Shown here: in pieces, positions 38,311 to 47,595 of the stretch
How the letters are laid out: the number at the start of each line of letters is the position of its first letter
How positions within the stretch are numbered: position 1 is the first letter of the stretch
NCBI GenBank assembly: GCA_025359685.1
Contig: JANYEY010000092.1
Span: forward strand, 99-64,098
Direction of reading: 5' to 3'
Length of the DNA: 64,000 bases
DNA from: Sphingomonadaceae bacterium
GTDB lineage: Bacteria; Pseudomonadota; Alphaproteobacteria; Sphingomonadales; Sphingomonadaceae
Program-made: the position numbers and the translations under genes
Notes under the pieces: model-generated
Database searches by the model: none
The model's input: the letters and a program-made list of their open reading frames with translations, nothing else
Told to the model about the DNA's origin: nothing

Positions 38311-38964
38311 TCAGGTCGGCTCGCTTGCGAAATCGGCGAGCTGCGCCGCCAGCGCCCGCTGGAACGCCGGCCGGGCTTCGCCGCGCTGAACATAGGCCAC
38401 GACGTTGTCCGGTGCCCGCTCAAGGATGGCGGGCCCGCGAATGGTGGCGACCATCATCAGGTCACCCACGGTGAAGCGATCTTCCAGCCATTCCTTGTCG
38501 CCAAGCCAGTCACCCAGCCGCGCCAGCCGCTGCGCCAGCTGCTCGCCAAAGGCGGCAGAGGCGCCCGCCGACCAGGACTGGTCGGCGTGGAAGAATGCTG
38601 CCGAAACATAAGCCATGGCCGGCCCGTCGATACTGTTGAGCGCCGCAAACAGCCAGGCGATGGCGCGCTTGCGGCCCACCTCGCTTGCGGGCAGCAGCGT
38701 CTCGTCTTTCTCGGCAATGTGCAGTGCAATGGCTCCGCATTCGAACAGTTCGACTGGACCTTCCTTGAAGACCGGCACCTGCCCCCACGGCTGTTCGCGG
38801 TAATAGCTCGCCGGGCGCGCACCCATCAGCAGGCGTGTCCGATAGGCCATCCCCAGTTCCTCCAGCGCCCAGCGCACGCGCAGATCTCGCACTTGGCCGC
38901 GGGCAAAGTCCGGCACCCAGCCAAAAGCGGTGACTTCAATCGGAGACTTGGGATCAATTGGCAT
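38311..38964 (-). CDS. Glutathione S-transferase family protein
   Basis: RDLRVRWALEE, QPWGQVP, FECGAI, RPAFQRA. Confidence 0.92.
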   Translation of the reverse strand: MPIDPKSPIEVTAFGWVPDFARGQVRDLRVRWALEELGMAYRTRLLMGARPASYYREQPWGQVPVFKEGPVELFECGAIALHIAEKDETLLPASEVGRKRAIAWLFAALNSIDGPAMAYVSAAFFHADQSWSAGASAAFGEQLAQRLARLGDWLGDKEWLEDRFTVGDLMMVATIRGPAILERAPDNVVAYVQRGEARPAFQRALAAQLADFASEPT

Positions 38965-39595
38965 GGATCGTCTCGCCAGCAAGGAGGAGTTCGAGATAGC
39001 GGCGCAAATGCATCAAGTGCTCGCGCGCTGCGGCGGCGGCATCCGCGGCACCTGCGGCCTTGGCCATGATGAATGCGCCCTGGATTACGGCCTGAATGTG
39101 ACGCGACAGCGAAGCTGCCGTTACCCCGCTTGCGCCGGACCGGGCAAGGGCTGCGGCCAGATCATCTTCCAAAGCTGCGGCATTGCCCAAGATACTGGAA
39201 TTGCACACAGAACGGATTGAATCGCTTGATCGGAAAGCTTCCTGCACCATGGTTCCGGCAACACAGCTGAAGCTTTCTACCGGACCCGAAATCAGCGCGA
39301 TCCGCAAATCAATGTAGCCCAGCACGCGATCAAGCGGATCGGCATGCTGGTGAAACCGCGCGGCGGCAAAAAACTGTCCGGTCGAGCTCGACCAATAATC
39401 TGCCAGCGCCACACCAAGCGCTTCCTTTGAGACGAAGTGGTGAAAGAAGGCGCCCTTGGTAACCCCCGCTTCACCGCACAGTTGGTCCACCGAAGTTGCA
39501 GAAAACCCATGCTGCCGAACAAGCTTCACGCCCGCTTCGAGCAATTTGTCGCGCGCAGTCAGGGGGGCAGGGCGGAAGGGGTGATTCGGGATCAT
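38954..39595 (-). CDS. TetR family regulator, NemR-like
   Basis: HTH GVTKGAFFHHF; C-terminal CVAGTMVQE Cys motif. Confidence 0.9.
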   Translation of the reverse strand: MIPNHPFRPAPLTARDKLLEAGVKLVRQHGFSATSVDQLCGEAGVTKGAFFHHFVSKEALGVALADYWSSSTGQFFAAARFHQHADPLDRVLGYIDLRIALISGPVESFSCVAGTMVQEAFRSSDSIRSVCNSSILGNAAALEDDLAAALARSGASGVTAASLSRHIQAVIQGAFIMAKAAGAADAAAAAREHLMHLRRYLELLLAGETIHAN

Positions 39596-39598
39596 GCA

Positions 39599-39628
39599 GT
39601 CAGCATACCGACCAGTTGGTATGCTGAC
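39599..39628. promoter_or_regulatory. Palindromic operator, probably bound by the adjacent TetR
   Basis: GTCAGCATACC-GACCAGTT-GGTATGCTGAC: 11-bp perfect arms, 3 nt from the TetR ATG. Confidence 0.8.
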
Positions 39629-39683
39629 AAGAGCAACACGAAATTAACGGTAAATTTGCCCAAGGCCCGTATCGCCGCCAAAG

Positions 39684-41351
39684 ATGTCAAGTATCGGGCG
39701 CCAATTACTGCGATTTTTCGCTACACTTATGGTTGCGTTGGCCGCGCCTGCGCTGGCGCATGCCAGTATTCCGGTGGAAACCTGCCTGGCCCCATTGGCC
39801 AAGGCTGGCGATCCCGCGGCGTTTGATTGCGGCAAGGCGCAGAACCGTTTCGGTCGCGGGGACTTTGCAGTCGACTTGCGTTTCGCGCCGGTACTGTCGC
39901 GTACCGCTGATCCACTGGTGCTGCGCACCTCAAGCGTCTGGCAGAATGCGGAGCGCGTGATCTTCCAATACGCTGACGGCACTCGCTCCGAACTGGCCTT
40001 TAACTCGCGAAATTCGCGGCCCTATATGACGATGGGGGCCATTTTTGAATTTCCGGTGCCTGCCCGCGCAGCAGCGCTCAGCGGGATCCGTATCGAAGTG
40101 CAGGACAGCGCGAACTGGCGCGGCGTGGTGATCGGCGCGCAGCTAATGCCCGCGAGCGAAAGCTACCGGCTGCAATCGTGGCTGGTAGCGCTTTACGCTG
40201 CGTTCGGCGGACTGTCGCTGGCGTTGCTGGCCTATAGTCTCTCGCTTTGGTCTGTGTTGAAGCACCGTTTTCAACTGACCTACGCGGCGATGGTCGGCGC
40301 GCTCATGGCCTATACCTTCACCTCGTCGAGCATTGCGATGCTGGTGATCCCCTCGCTCGCCAACAACGACCGGCACCGCCTCAACTATCTCTTTCTGGCC
40401 CTTGCCGCCGTTGCCGCGATCCGTTTCATGTTCGACTACTTCGGTGAGAAGATCTTCCAGCCAAAGTTGCGCCAAATTGCTTCGGTACTGTGCGCAACAG
40501 CCTTGATCAGTGCCATTGCATTTGCCGTCCTGGCGCCATGGCAGGGGTACTGGCTTGACCGCTTCTATTTCATCTCAGGCGCAGCTGCATTGCTCCTGGT
40601 AATTCCGATCATCCACGCGGCCTGGCGAGCGAAGGCGCGCAACCTGGGCATGTTCATCGTGGCTTGGTCGGCTCCGGTCGTGGTGACCCTTGCCCGGGTG
40701 GCCTATGGCATGGGCCTGCTGGATTACAGCTTCTGGCTCGACAATGGCAACTTGATCGCCCTTTCGATCGAATCCCTGCTTTCGACCATGCTGATCGTGG
40801 CACGCATGCGCGACCTTTACTCCGAACGCGATCAGGCCATGGCCAGCGAACAGCTCGCCCTGCGCCTCGCCAATTCCGATCCGCTCACCGGCTTGCTCAA
40901 TCGCCGCGCGTTCATCCAGCATGCCATCGGCAGGGAGGACGAGCATCGGCTGTTCTTGATCGACATCGATCATTTCAAGGCGATCAATGACCGGATCGGG
41001 CACGCTGCTGGCGATGACGTGCTGCGCGAAGTGAGCAATGCGATCCAGGAGTGTAGGCCTGAGGGCAGCTTGGCTGTGCGGCTTGGCGGCGAGGAGTTTG
41101 CGCTGCTGGTGCCGCGCCGCGCGCAGGCCCAGTGCCCACCTGATCTGTTGCTTGACGCGGTCCGCCAGCGCGCGATGCCGATGAACTGGAAAGTCACGGT
41201 CAGCATCGGCTTTGTCGATGGCAGGGTAACCACCGAGGAAGACTGGAAACGGCTTTATCGCCTCGCCGATACCGCGCTGTACCGGGCCAAGGCCGACGGA
41301 CGCGATCGGGCCTGCCGCGCCACCGATTTTGGAGCCGTCAAGGTTGCCTGA
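39684..41351 (+). CDS. 7TM-DISM-type sensor diguanylate cyclase
   Basis: Periplasmic domain, about 7 TM, DPLTGLLNRR, DIDHFK, GGEEF. Confidence 0.9.
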   Translation: MSSIGRQLLRFFATLMVALAAPALAHASIPVETCLAPLAKAGDPAAFDCGKAQNRFGRGDFAVDLRFAPVLSRTADPLVLRTSSVWQNAERVIFQYADGTRSELAFNSRNSRPYMTMGAIFEFPVPARAAALSGIRIEVQDSANWRGVVIGAQLMPASESYRLQSWLVALYAAFGGLSLALLAYSLSLWSVLKHRFQLTYAAMVGALMAYTFTSSSIAMLVIPSLANNDRHRLNYLFLALAAVAAIRFMFDYFGEKIFQPKLRQIASVLCATALISAIAFAVLAPWQGYWLDRFYFISGAAALLLVIPIIHAAWRAKARNLGMFIVAWSAPVVVTLARVAYGMGLLDYSFWLDNGNLIALSIESLLSTMLIVARMRDLYSERDQAMASEQLALRLANSDPLTGLLNRRAFIQHAIGREDEHRLFLIDIDHFKAINDRIGHAAGDDVLREVSNAIQECRPEGSLAVRLGGEEFALLVPRRAQAQCPPDLLLDAVRQRAMPMNWKVTVSIGFVDGRVTTEEDWKRLYRLADTALYRAKADGRDRACRATDFGAVKVA

Positions 41352-41444
41352 AGCGTCCCGCCGGGCAAAATTCAACCGGCCGCTTAATTCGCTGCGCAAA
41401 CAGTGTTGCACCGCCGTTCGCGCGCGTATAGGCGAAGCAGCGTC

Positions 41445-42437
41445 ATGACCGATATTCCCAACACGCAGCCCGGCACCGCCTCGGACACCATCCTCCCCGC
41501 ACCAGACCGTCAGGTCACGGTGCGCGATCTGTTCGGGATCGACATCGACATGATGGTCCCGGCTTTTTCCGAAGCCGATGAACGCGTGCCCGATACCGAC
41601 GGCAGCTATGTGTTCGATCCCGATACCACGCTGGCGATCCTCGCGGGCTTTGCCCACAACCGCCGCGTGATGGTGCAGGGCTATCACGGCACCGGCAAAT
41701 CCACCCACATCGAACAGGTTGCCGCCCGGCTCAACTGGCCGTGCATCCGCATCAATCTCGATGCGCATATCAGCCGCATCGACCTCATCGGCCGCGATGC
41801 GATCGTCCTGCGTGACGGGCTGCAAATCACCGAATTTCGCGAAGGCTTGCTGCCGTGGGCGCTGCAGCACCCGGTCGCGCTGGTGTTCGACGAATACGAT
41901 GCCGGCCGGCCTGATGTGATGTTCGTGATCCAGCGCGTGCTCGAAACCGAGGGCAAGCTCACTTTGCTGGACCAGAACCGCGTGATCCGGCCCAATCCGT
42001 TCTTCCGACTGTTTGCCACTGCCAACACCGTCGGCCTTGGCGACACCAGCGGGCTTTATCATGGCACCCAGGCGATCAACCAGGGCCAGATGGACCGCTG
42101 GAACATCGTTGTCGGGCTGAATTATCTGCCCGCTGCGGTCGAATGCGAAATCGTGCTGGGCAAGGCCGACGGTGCTTCGGCGGAATTGGTCAGCAACATG
42201 GTCAAGGTCGCCGACCTGACCCGCCAAGGCTTCATCAATGGCGATATCAGCACCGTGATGAGCCCGCGCACTGTGATGACCTGGGCGCAGAACACCGCGA
42301 TCTTCAAGGATCCGGGATTTGCCTTCCGCCTCTCGTTCCTCAACAAGTGCGACGAGACCGAGCGGATGATGGTCGCGGAATACTACCAGCGGGTGTTTGG
42401 GACTGACCTGCCCGAAAGCGTTGTGGCGAAGGCATGA
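41445..42437 (+). CDS. cobS: Cobaltochelatase CobS-type AAA+ ATPase
   Basis: GYHGTGKS Walker A, FDEYD Walker B, ATANT, MSPRT. Confidence 0.93.
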   Translation: MTDIPNTQPGTASDTILPAPDRQVTVRDLFGIDIDMMVPAFSEADERVPDTDGSYVFDPDTTLAILAGFAHNRRVMVQGYHGTGKSTHIEQVAARLNWPCIRINLDAHISRIDLIGRDAIVLRDGLQITEFREGLLPWALQHPVALVFDEYDAGRPDVMFVIQRVLETEGKLTLLDQNRVIRPNPFFRLFATANTVGLGDTSGLYHGTQAINQGQMDRWNIVVGLNYLPAAVECEIVLGKADGASAELVSNMVKVADLTRQGFINGDISTVMSPRTVMTWAQNTAIFKDPGFAFRLSFLNKCDETERMMVAEYYQRVFGTDLPESVVAKA

Positions 42438-42940
42438 TGCTGAAGCTTGCGGGCTCGGTGCTGCTGGCGCTCGGTGCAGGGCAGGCCACTGTCACGCCCG
42501 CGCCGGAACCTGCCGCTGCGCCGCAGCCGCACAAGCTGTACTACCCGGTCGGGGCTGACGCGGCGAAGGTATATGACCAGGCGCTGGCCAAGGCTGCTGC
42601 CGACAATGCCCGCGCGGTCATCGTGTTCGGCGCCGACTGGTGCCATGACAGTCGCGCGCTGGGCGAGGTGCTGGGCTCTGACGCGTTCAGGACCGAATTT
42701 GGCAGCCGCTTCGAAGTGACCTTCATTGACGTTGGCCGCCCGCAATCGGGTGAAGGTCGCAATCTCGATCTGGTCAAGCGGCTCGGGGTCAAAGACCTGA
42801 AGAGCACCCCGGCAATGTTCGTGCTGCGCGGCGATGGCAAACTGCTCAATGGCAAGAAGGACGCCGTCAGCTGGCGCAATGCCGAAAGCCGCGGAACCGA
42901 CAAAGTGTTCGCCTGGTTCCGCGGGTTCGACAAGAAGTGA
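42434..42940 (+). CDS. Exported thioredoxin-fold protein with a single Cys (WCHDS)
   Basis: Signal-like N-terminus; FGADWCHDS; STP cis-Pro; ATGA overlap with cobS. Confidence 0.8.
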   Translation: MMLKLAGSVLLALGAGQATVTPAPEPAAAPQPHKLYYPVGADAAKVYDQALAKAAADNARAVIVFGADWCHDSRALGEVLGSDAFRTEFGSRFEVTFIDVGRPQSGEGRNLDLVKRLGVKDLKSTPAMFVLRGDGKLLNGKKDAVSWRNAESRGTDKVFAWFRGFDKK

Positions 42941-42987
42941 CCTGATAGGCCCCTTAAGGCCACCACGACACGAGCAATGGCTGGGGC

Positions 42988-43545
42988 TTATTCGCCCTCC
43001 CACCCGTCAAGCAGATCCGAAAACTCGTCCGCATGCTCTTCCTCCTGCTCGAGGATGTGCATCAGCAGCTTTTTGGTGGTGGTGTCGCGGTCGCCGACAT
43101 AGTCGATCAGCTCGCGGTACGAATCGATCGCAATCCGTTCGGCGACCAGGTCTTCTTTGACCATGTCCTTGAGCGTCTTGCCCTCGCGATATTCGGCGTG
43201 GCTCAGCTTGGTCAGGTGATCGGGGTTGAGGTCAGGCTCACCGCCAAGCTGCACGATCCGCTCGGCCAACATCATCGCATGCGCTTGCTCGGCATTGGCA
43301 TGTTCGAGGAAGTGCGCCTTGATCGGTTCGGACACCAGGCCGGTGGCGGTGTGGTAATGCCGCAGATAGCGCAGCACGCAGACCCATTCGGTCGCGAGCG
43401 ATTCCTGCAGCTTGCCGACAATCATCTCACGGTCGGCGGGATAGGTTTTGGTGACCGCACCGTCTTCGATGTGCTTACGCGCCTGCGCGCGCAGGGTCGC
43501 GACGTCGGTAAAGTTCTGGTCGGCAGGTTTCGCGGCGGTCGCCAT
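42988..43545 (-). CDS. Ferritin-like (bacterioferritin/DPSL-type) protein
   Basis: ATE, EQAH, AERIVQLGGEP, DLVAERIAI, EEEHAD diiron ligands. Confidence 0.9.
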   Translation of the reverse strand: MATAAKPADQNFTDVATLRAQARKHIEDGAVTKTYPADREMIVGKLQESLATEWVCVLRYLRHYHTATGLVSEPIKAHFLEHANAEQAHAMMLAERIVQLGGEPDLNPDHLTKLSHAEYREGKTLKDMVKEDLVAERIAIDSYRELIDYVGDRDTTTKKLLMHILEQEEEHADEFSDLLDGWEGE

Positions 43546-43568
43546 GGCGCTGGGTCCTCATTTTCGAA

Positions 43569-43600
43569 AGGGGAGCCGCGCGCATTTGCGTGGCTCCCCT
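43569..43600 (-). other. Strong hairpin at the predicted 5' end of the ferritin-like mRNA
   Basis: AGGGGAGCC...GGCTCCCCT with inner pairing. Confidence 0.65.
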
Positions 43601-43603
43601 CAA

Positions 43604-43628
43604 AACGATTTTCCGGCGCTGCGGTTCC
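43604..43628 (-). promoter_or_regulatory. EcfG (general stress sigma) promoter
   Basis: GGAAC-N16-CGTT upstream of the ferritin-like gene. Confidence 0.75.
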
Positions 43629-43635
43629 CGATTTC

Positions 43636-44736
43636 TCAGTCTGCTGGCACCACCAGATACTTCTCGCCGGTCCGGCGCGCGTTGTATTCGCTGACCGCTT
43701 TCTTGGTGAGCATACCTTCAAGGCTGACTTCGGCCTTGTAATAGCTGGCAAAAGTCGTCGTCAGGTCCTTGGCAACGCGCGCGCGCATGCGGCCGACCAC
43801 TTCCATCCCGGCCTTGCCCATGAACGGGGTGAGCAGCCAGCCTGCAAGGTCCCAGGTGAGGCCAAATGCGCGGTTGAGGATCGTCGGTCCAAGATCGAGC
43901 GCGCCGTAAATGTAGACCTTCTTGGCCTCGCTCGAGCCATAACGGCTGAACGCAGCACCGCGGCTGGCAGCGGCTTCCATCGCGGTCAGGATCTGGCCAG
44001 CGAGCGTGCCGCCGCCGATCGGATCGAACCCCAACATGGCCTTGGTCTCGGCAATCGCATCGATCAGCTTGGGCATGAAATCGGCGTCGGTCATGTTGAG
44101 CACGTGGGTTGCGCCTAGATCCTTGAGCAGCGCGACCTGATCTTCGCTGCGCACGATGTTGACCAAGGGCACGCCGTCTTCGAGGCAGATCTTGACCAGC
44201 ATCTGGCCTAGGTTCGATGCCGCAGCGGCGTGGACGATGCCGGTGAAGCCTTCGAGCTTCATCGTTTCGACAAAGCCCAGTGCGGTCATCGGATTGACGA
44301 AGCTTGAGGCGGCCTGCGCCGCGCTTGCCTCAACCGGCATGCACATTGCAGCGTCAGCATAAGCGTAGTTGGCGTAAGCGGAGCCGGGAACGCAGGCGAC
44401 GCGCTTGCCCAGCAAAGCCTCGGCGCCATCACCGGCGGCGACGACTGTGCCGGCGGCTTCGTTACCGGCCGGCATCGCCATACCGTGGCGTGATTTCATC
44501 GCGCGGGTCGCGTTATCGGGCATTTTTGCCACGATCTTGCCGGGCGAATACTGGGCGTTCTCTGTGTCTGCTGAGGCGAGCAGCAGTCCGAGATCCGATG
44601 GATTGATTGGGCTGGCCTCAACCTTGACCAGTACCTGGCCCGGCTTGGGCTCGTCCCAGGTCTTGTCGTTCAGCTGGAGCGTCAGCGTGCCGTCAGCGTC
44701 GAGCTGGGTGGTGAGCTGCTTGCCGGTATATGCCAT
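43636..44736 (-). CDS. MDR family (zinc-binding dehydrogenase-like) oxidoreductase
   Basis: ASPINPSD, GNEAAG, SFVNPMTA, AAASNLG; start at MAYTGK. Confidence 0.88.
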   Translation of the reverse strand: MAYTGKQLTTQLDADGTLTLQLNDKTWDEPKPGQVLVKVEASPINPSDLGLLLASADTENAQYSPGKIVAKMPDNATRAMKSRHGMAMPAGNEAAGTVVAAGDGAEALLGKRVACVPGSAYANYAYADAAMCMPVEASAAQAASSFVNPMTALGFVETMKLEGFTGIVHAAAASNLGQMLVKICLEDGVPLVNIVRSEDQVALLKDLGATHVLNMTDADFMPKLIDAIAETKAMLGFDPIGGGTLAGQILTAMEAAASRGAAFSRYGSSEAKKVYIYGALDLGPTILNRAFGLTWDLAGWLLTPFMGKAGMEVVGRMRARVAKDLTTTFASYYKAEVSLEGMLTKKAVSEYNARRTGEKYLVVPAD

Positions 44737-44791
44737 CGTTCTCTCCGAATCTGTTGCGCCGTTGTGGCGTTGCAGATTGCAACTTAGGCAT

Positions 44792-45538
44792 TCATTCGCC
44801 GGGGTAAAGCGCCCGCGCGAAATATAGGCCGTGCGGGGGCGCATTGAAGCCGAGCCGCTGGCGGTCGCGCGCTTCGAGCGCATCGGCAAGGTCCTGCTCG
44901 CTCCACTTGCCATTGCCGACCATGGCCACGCAGCCGACCATCGAGCGGACCTGATGGTGCAGGAAACTGCGCGCGGAGGCTTCGATTAGCACTTGGTTGC
45001 CCTCGCGGCGGACATCGAGCCGGTCGAGCGTCTTGACCGGACTGGCCGACTGGCAATGCGCCGAACGGAAAGTGGTGAAGTCGTGGCTCCCGACCAGCAT
45101 TTGCGCGGCGCGGTGCATCAGGTCTGCATCCAGATGCTGGGTCAAGTGCCACGCGCGGTTCAGCTCCAGCGTCAACGGCGCGCGGCGATTGGCGATGCGG
45201 TAGAGGTACTCGCGCCCGGTGCAGGAAAACCGCGCGTGCCAGTCGCCCGCCACTTCCATGGAAGCCAGCACGGCAATCGGGGCGGGGCGGATCAGGGCAT
45301 TCAACGCCTGCATCAAGCGGAACGGGGTGATCACCTTGTCAATATCGAAGTGCACCCGCATGCCAAGCGCATGGACCCCGGCGTCGGTGCGGCCCGCACC
45401 GTGGAGGGTGGCCGCCTCGCCAGTGACTGCAAGAATGGCGGCCTCGATCGCGCCCTGCACGGTTGGCCCGTTCGGCTGGCGCTGCAGCCCCATAAACGGC
45501 GTGCCGTTGAATTCGATGGTGAGCGCGAAGCGGGTCAA
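44792..45538 (-). CDS. truA: tRNA pseudouridine(38-40) synthase
   Basis: [25 protein letters not shown]. Confidence 0.97.
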   Translation of the reverse strand: MTRFALTIEFNGTPFMGLQRQPNGPTVQGAIEAAILAVTGEAATLHGAGRTDAGVHALGMRVHFDIDKVITPFRLMQALNALIRPAPIAVLASMEVAGDWHARFSCTGREYLYRIANRRAPLTLELNRAWHLTQHLDADLMHRAAQMLVGSHDFTTFRSAHCQSASPVKTLDRLDVRREGNQVLIEASARSFLHHQVRSMVGCVAMVGNGKWSEQDLADALEARDRQRLGFNAPPHGLYFARALYPGE

Positions 45539-46440
45539 GCGAGCTGAGTTCCCGGAGCGACCGTGCGGCCGCGCAGCAGTTCCGTCACGCTCATCGCTGG
45601 CCGCCCCGCGCGCTGGATCGTGGTTGGGACCAAAGCGCCATGGCCGCAGGCTATCGTCAGCTGGTCGTCGAGCGTGGTCCCGGCCGCACCTTCGCGCGCA
45701 ACCACTTTCGCGGCGAGGATGCGGTAGCGCTCGCCGTCCAGCTCGAACCAGGCCCCCGGTGCCGGCGCGAAGGCGCGGACCTGGCGTTCGATCTGTTCAG
45801 CGGCGCGGGTGAAGTCGATCCGGGTCTCGGCCTTGTCGATCTTGGCCGCATAGGTGACGCCAAGGTCGGGCTGCGGGGTGGGGGTGTGTCCGGGCAGGTC
45901 GGCCAGCACCTCGATCAGCAGCCGCGCGCCGATTTCGGCGAGTTCGGCGGTGAGTTCGCCGCTGGTCTTGTCCTCGACCGGAGTGCGCGCGGCCGCGAGC
46001 ATCGGACCTGTGTCAAGCCCGGCTTCCATCTGCATGATCGTCACGCCCGTAACCGGGTCTCCCGCCAGGATCGCACGGTGAATCGGTGCCGCCCCGCGCC
46101 AGCGCGGCAACAGCGAGGCGTGGATGTTGAAGCAGCCGTGCATCGGCGCATCGAGCACCGGTTGCGGCAGGATCAGGCCATAGGCGGCGACCACCGCGAT
46201 GTCGGCCTCCAGCGCGGCAAAGTCCGCCTGCGCTTCCAAATCGCGCAGGGTGCGGGGGGAGCGGACTTCAATGCCCAACCGCTCGGCCTCGCGCTGCACG
46301 GGCGATGGCATCAACTGCTTGCCCCGGCCCGCCGGGCGCGGCGGCTGAGTGTAGGCGGCCACCACCTCATGCCCCGCCTCGACCAGCGCCTGCAGTGCCG
46401 GCACGGCGAAAGTCGGGGTTCCCATGAACACAACGCGCAT
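45535..46440 (-). CDS. fmt: Methionyl-tRNA formyltransferase
   Basis: [26 protein letters not shown]. Confidence 0.98.
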   Translation of the reverse strand: MRVVFMGTPTFAVPALQALVEAGHEVVAAYTQPPRPAGRGKQLMPSPVQREAERLGIEVRSPRTLRDLEAQADFAALEADIAVVAAYGLILPQPVLDAPMHGCFNIHASLLPRWRGAAPIHRAILAGDPVTGVTIMQMEAGLDTGPMLAAARTPVEDKTSGELTAELAEIGARLLIEVLADLPGHTPTPQPDLGVTYAAKIDKAETRIDFTRAAEQIERQVRAFAPAPGAWFELDGERYRILAAKVVAREGAAGTTLDDQLTIACGHGALVPTTIQRAGRPAMSVTELLRGRTVAPGTQLA

Positions 46441-46447
46441 CGGTGGC

Positions 46448-46476
46448 TTTGCCTTTCGTGAGGTCCGGCCCTATCT
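46448..46476 (+). promoter_or_regulatory. RpoH-type promoter candidate for recR
   Basis: TTTG-N17-CCCTATCT. Confidence 0.5.
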
Positions 46477-46484
46477 GGGGCGCG

Positions 46485-47081
46485 ATGGCATCGCAAGAGA
46501 TCGAAACGCTGACCGCCGCGCTGGCGCGCCTGCCCGGGCTTGGCCCCCGCTCGGCGCGGCGCGCGGTGCTGTGGCTGATCAAGCGGCGTGAGGGCGCGCT
46601 GGTGCAGCTGCTTGAAGCGCTGGATGCGGTCCGCGATGGGCTGGTCGAATGCCAGACCTGCGGCAATGTCGATACGTCCGACCCATGCGGCATCTGCGCC
46701 GACCCGCGCCGCGACCAGCGCTCGCTTTGCGTGGTCGAGGATGTGGCAGATCTGTGGGCACTCGACCGTTCGCGGCTGTTCGCCGGACGTTATCACGTGC
46801 TTGGCGGGCGGCTTTCGGCGCTCGACGGGGTGCGGCCCGAAGACCTCACCATCGGCAAGCTGATCGAGCGCGTCAACCAAGGCGGGATCGACGAGGTAGT
46901 GCTGGCGATGAACGCCACGCTCGAAGGGCAGACCACCGCGCATTACATCGCTGAGCGGCTCGAAAGCTATCCGATTCGCCTGACCCAGCTGGCGCATGGC
47001 CTGCCAGTCGGAGGCGAGCTCGATTACCTCGACGAGGGCACTTTGGCGCAGGCTCTGCGCGCGCGGAGGCCGATGGGATAG
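46485..47081 (+). CDS. recR: Recombination mediator RecR
   Basis: [12 protein letters not shown]4 zinc finger, Toprim EGQTTA, YLDEGTL. Confidence 0.98.
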   Translation: MASQEIETLTAALARLPGLGPRSARRAVLWLIKRREGALVQLLEALDAVRDGLVECQTCGNVDTSDPCGICADPRRDQRSLCVVEDVADLWALDRSRLFAGRYHVLGGRLSALDGVRPEDLTIGKLIERVNQGGIDEVVLAMNATLEGQTTAHYIAERLESYPIRLTQLAHGLPVGGELDYLDEGTLAQALRARRPMG

Positions 47082-47092
47082 CCGATTGCGGG

Positions 47093-47485
47093 CTATTTTT
47101 TCGTCGCGTCGATCATAATGGCCTCGCTGTGCAGCGCGCATTTCCAATCGTCACCGCGGCGCACCCAGGTTGAGGTGTCGGCACAGGTCAGATCCATCGG
47201 CCCGTCATGGATCGTCCCGGTCTGGTGCACTGTGTAGGCGATCACCGCCACGTCATCGCTGGGGAAAATCACCTCAACATCGCTAAACTCGAACGTTTCA
47301 AGCGCCCACTTGTTGTCACGGGTCAGTTCCTCGAATTTGTCGGGGTTCATCCGCATTGTCCCTTGTGAACCGCTAGCAAGACTGTCCTCGGCGATCATCG
47401 CCCCGGCGGCTTTGGCATCCTTGTCTTTCAACGTTTGCCAGAACCTGGTTTCGAGTTCGACGATCGAGTTGCTCTGCTTGTTCAT
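47093..47485 (-). CDS. NTF2-like (DUF4440) protein
   Basis: VAVIAY...STWVRRGDDWKCALHSE; GAAGGAG RBS. Confidence 0.82.
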   Translation of the reverse strand: MNKQSNSIVELETRFWQTLKDKDAKAAGAMIAEDSLASGSQGTMRMNPDKFEELTRDNKWALETFEFSDVEVIFPSDDVAVIAYTVHQTGTIHDGPMDLTCADTSTWVRRGDDWKCALHSEAIMIDATKK

Positions 47486-47508
47486 TGCGCGACTCCTTCA
47501 CAAAGAGA

Positions 47509-47533
47509 AACGCCCTCGGCCCAGCGTGGTTCC
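47509..47533 (-). promoter_or_regulatory. EcfG (general stress sigma) promoter
   Basis: GGAAC-N16-CGTT upstream of the NTF2-like gene. Confidence 0.75.
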
Positions 47534-47558
47534 GATCACACTGATCGCTTCGTCCCGG

Positions 47559-47587
47559 CTTGCGAACGGCTCGCATCGCCACTATCT
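47559..47587 (+). promoter_or_regulatory. RpoH-type promoter candidate for def
   Basis: CTTG-N17-CACTATCT. Confidence 0.5.
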
Positions 47588-47595
47588 GGCCCTTC

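Noticed and set aside
37681-39069. 462-aa plus-strand ORF
   Set aside because: Antisense to the well-supported GST, VOC and DoxX genes
40575-42227. 550-aa minus-strand ORF
   Set aside because: Antisense shadow of the cyclase and cobS
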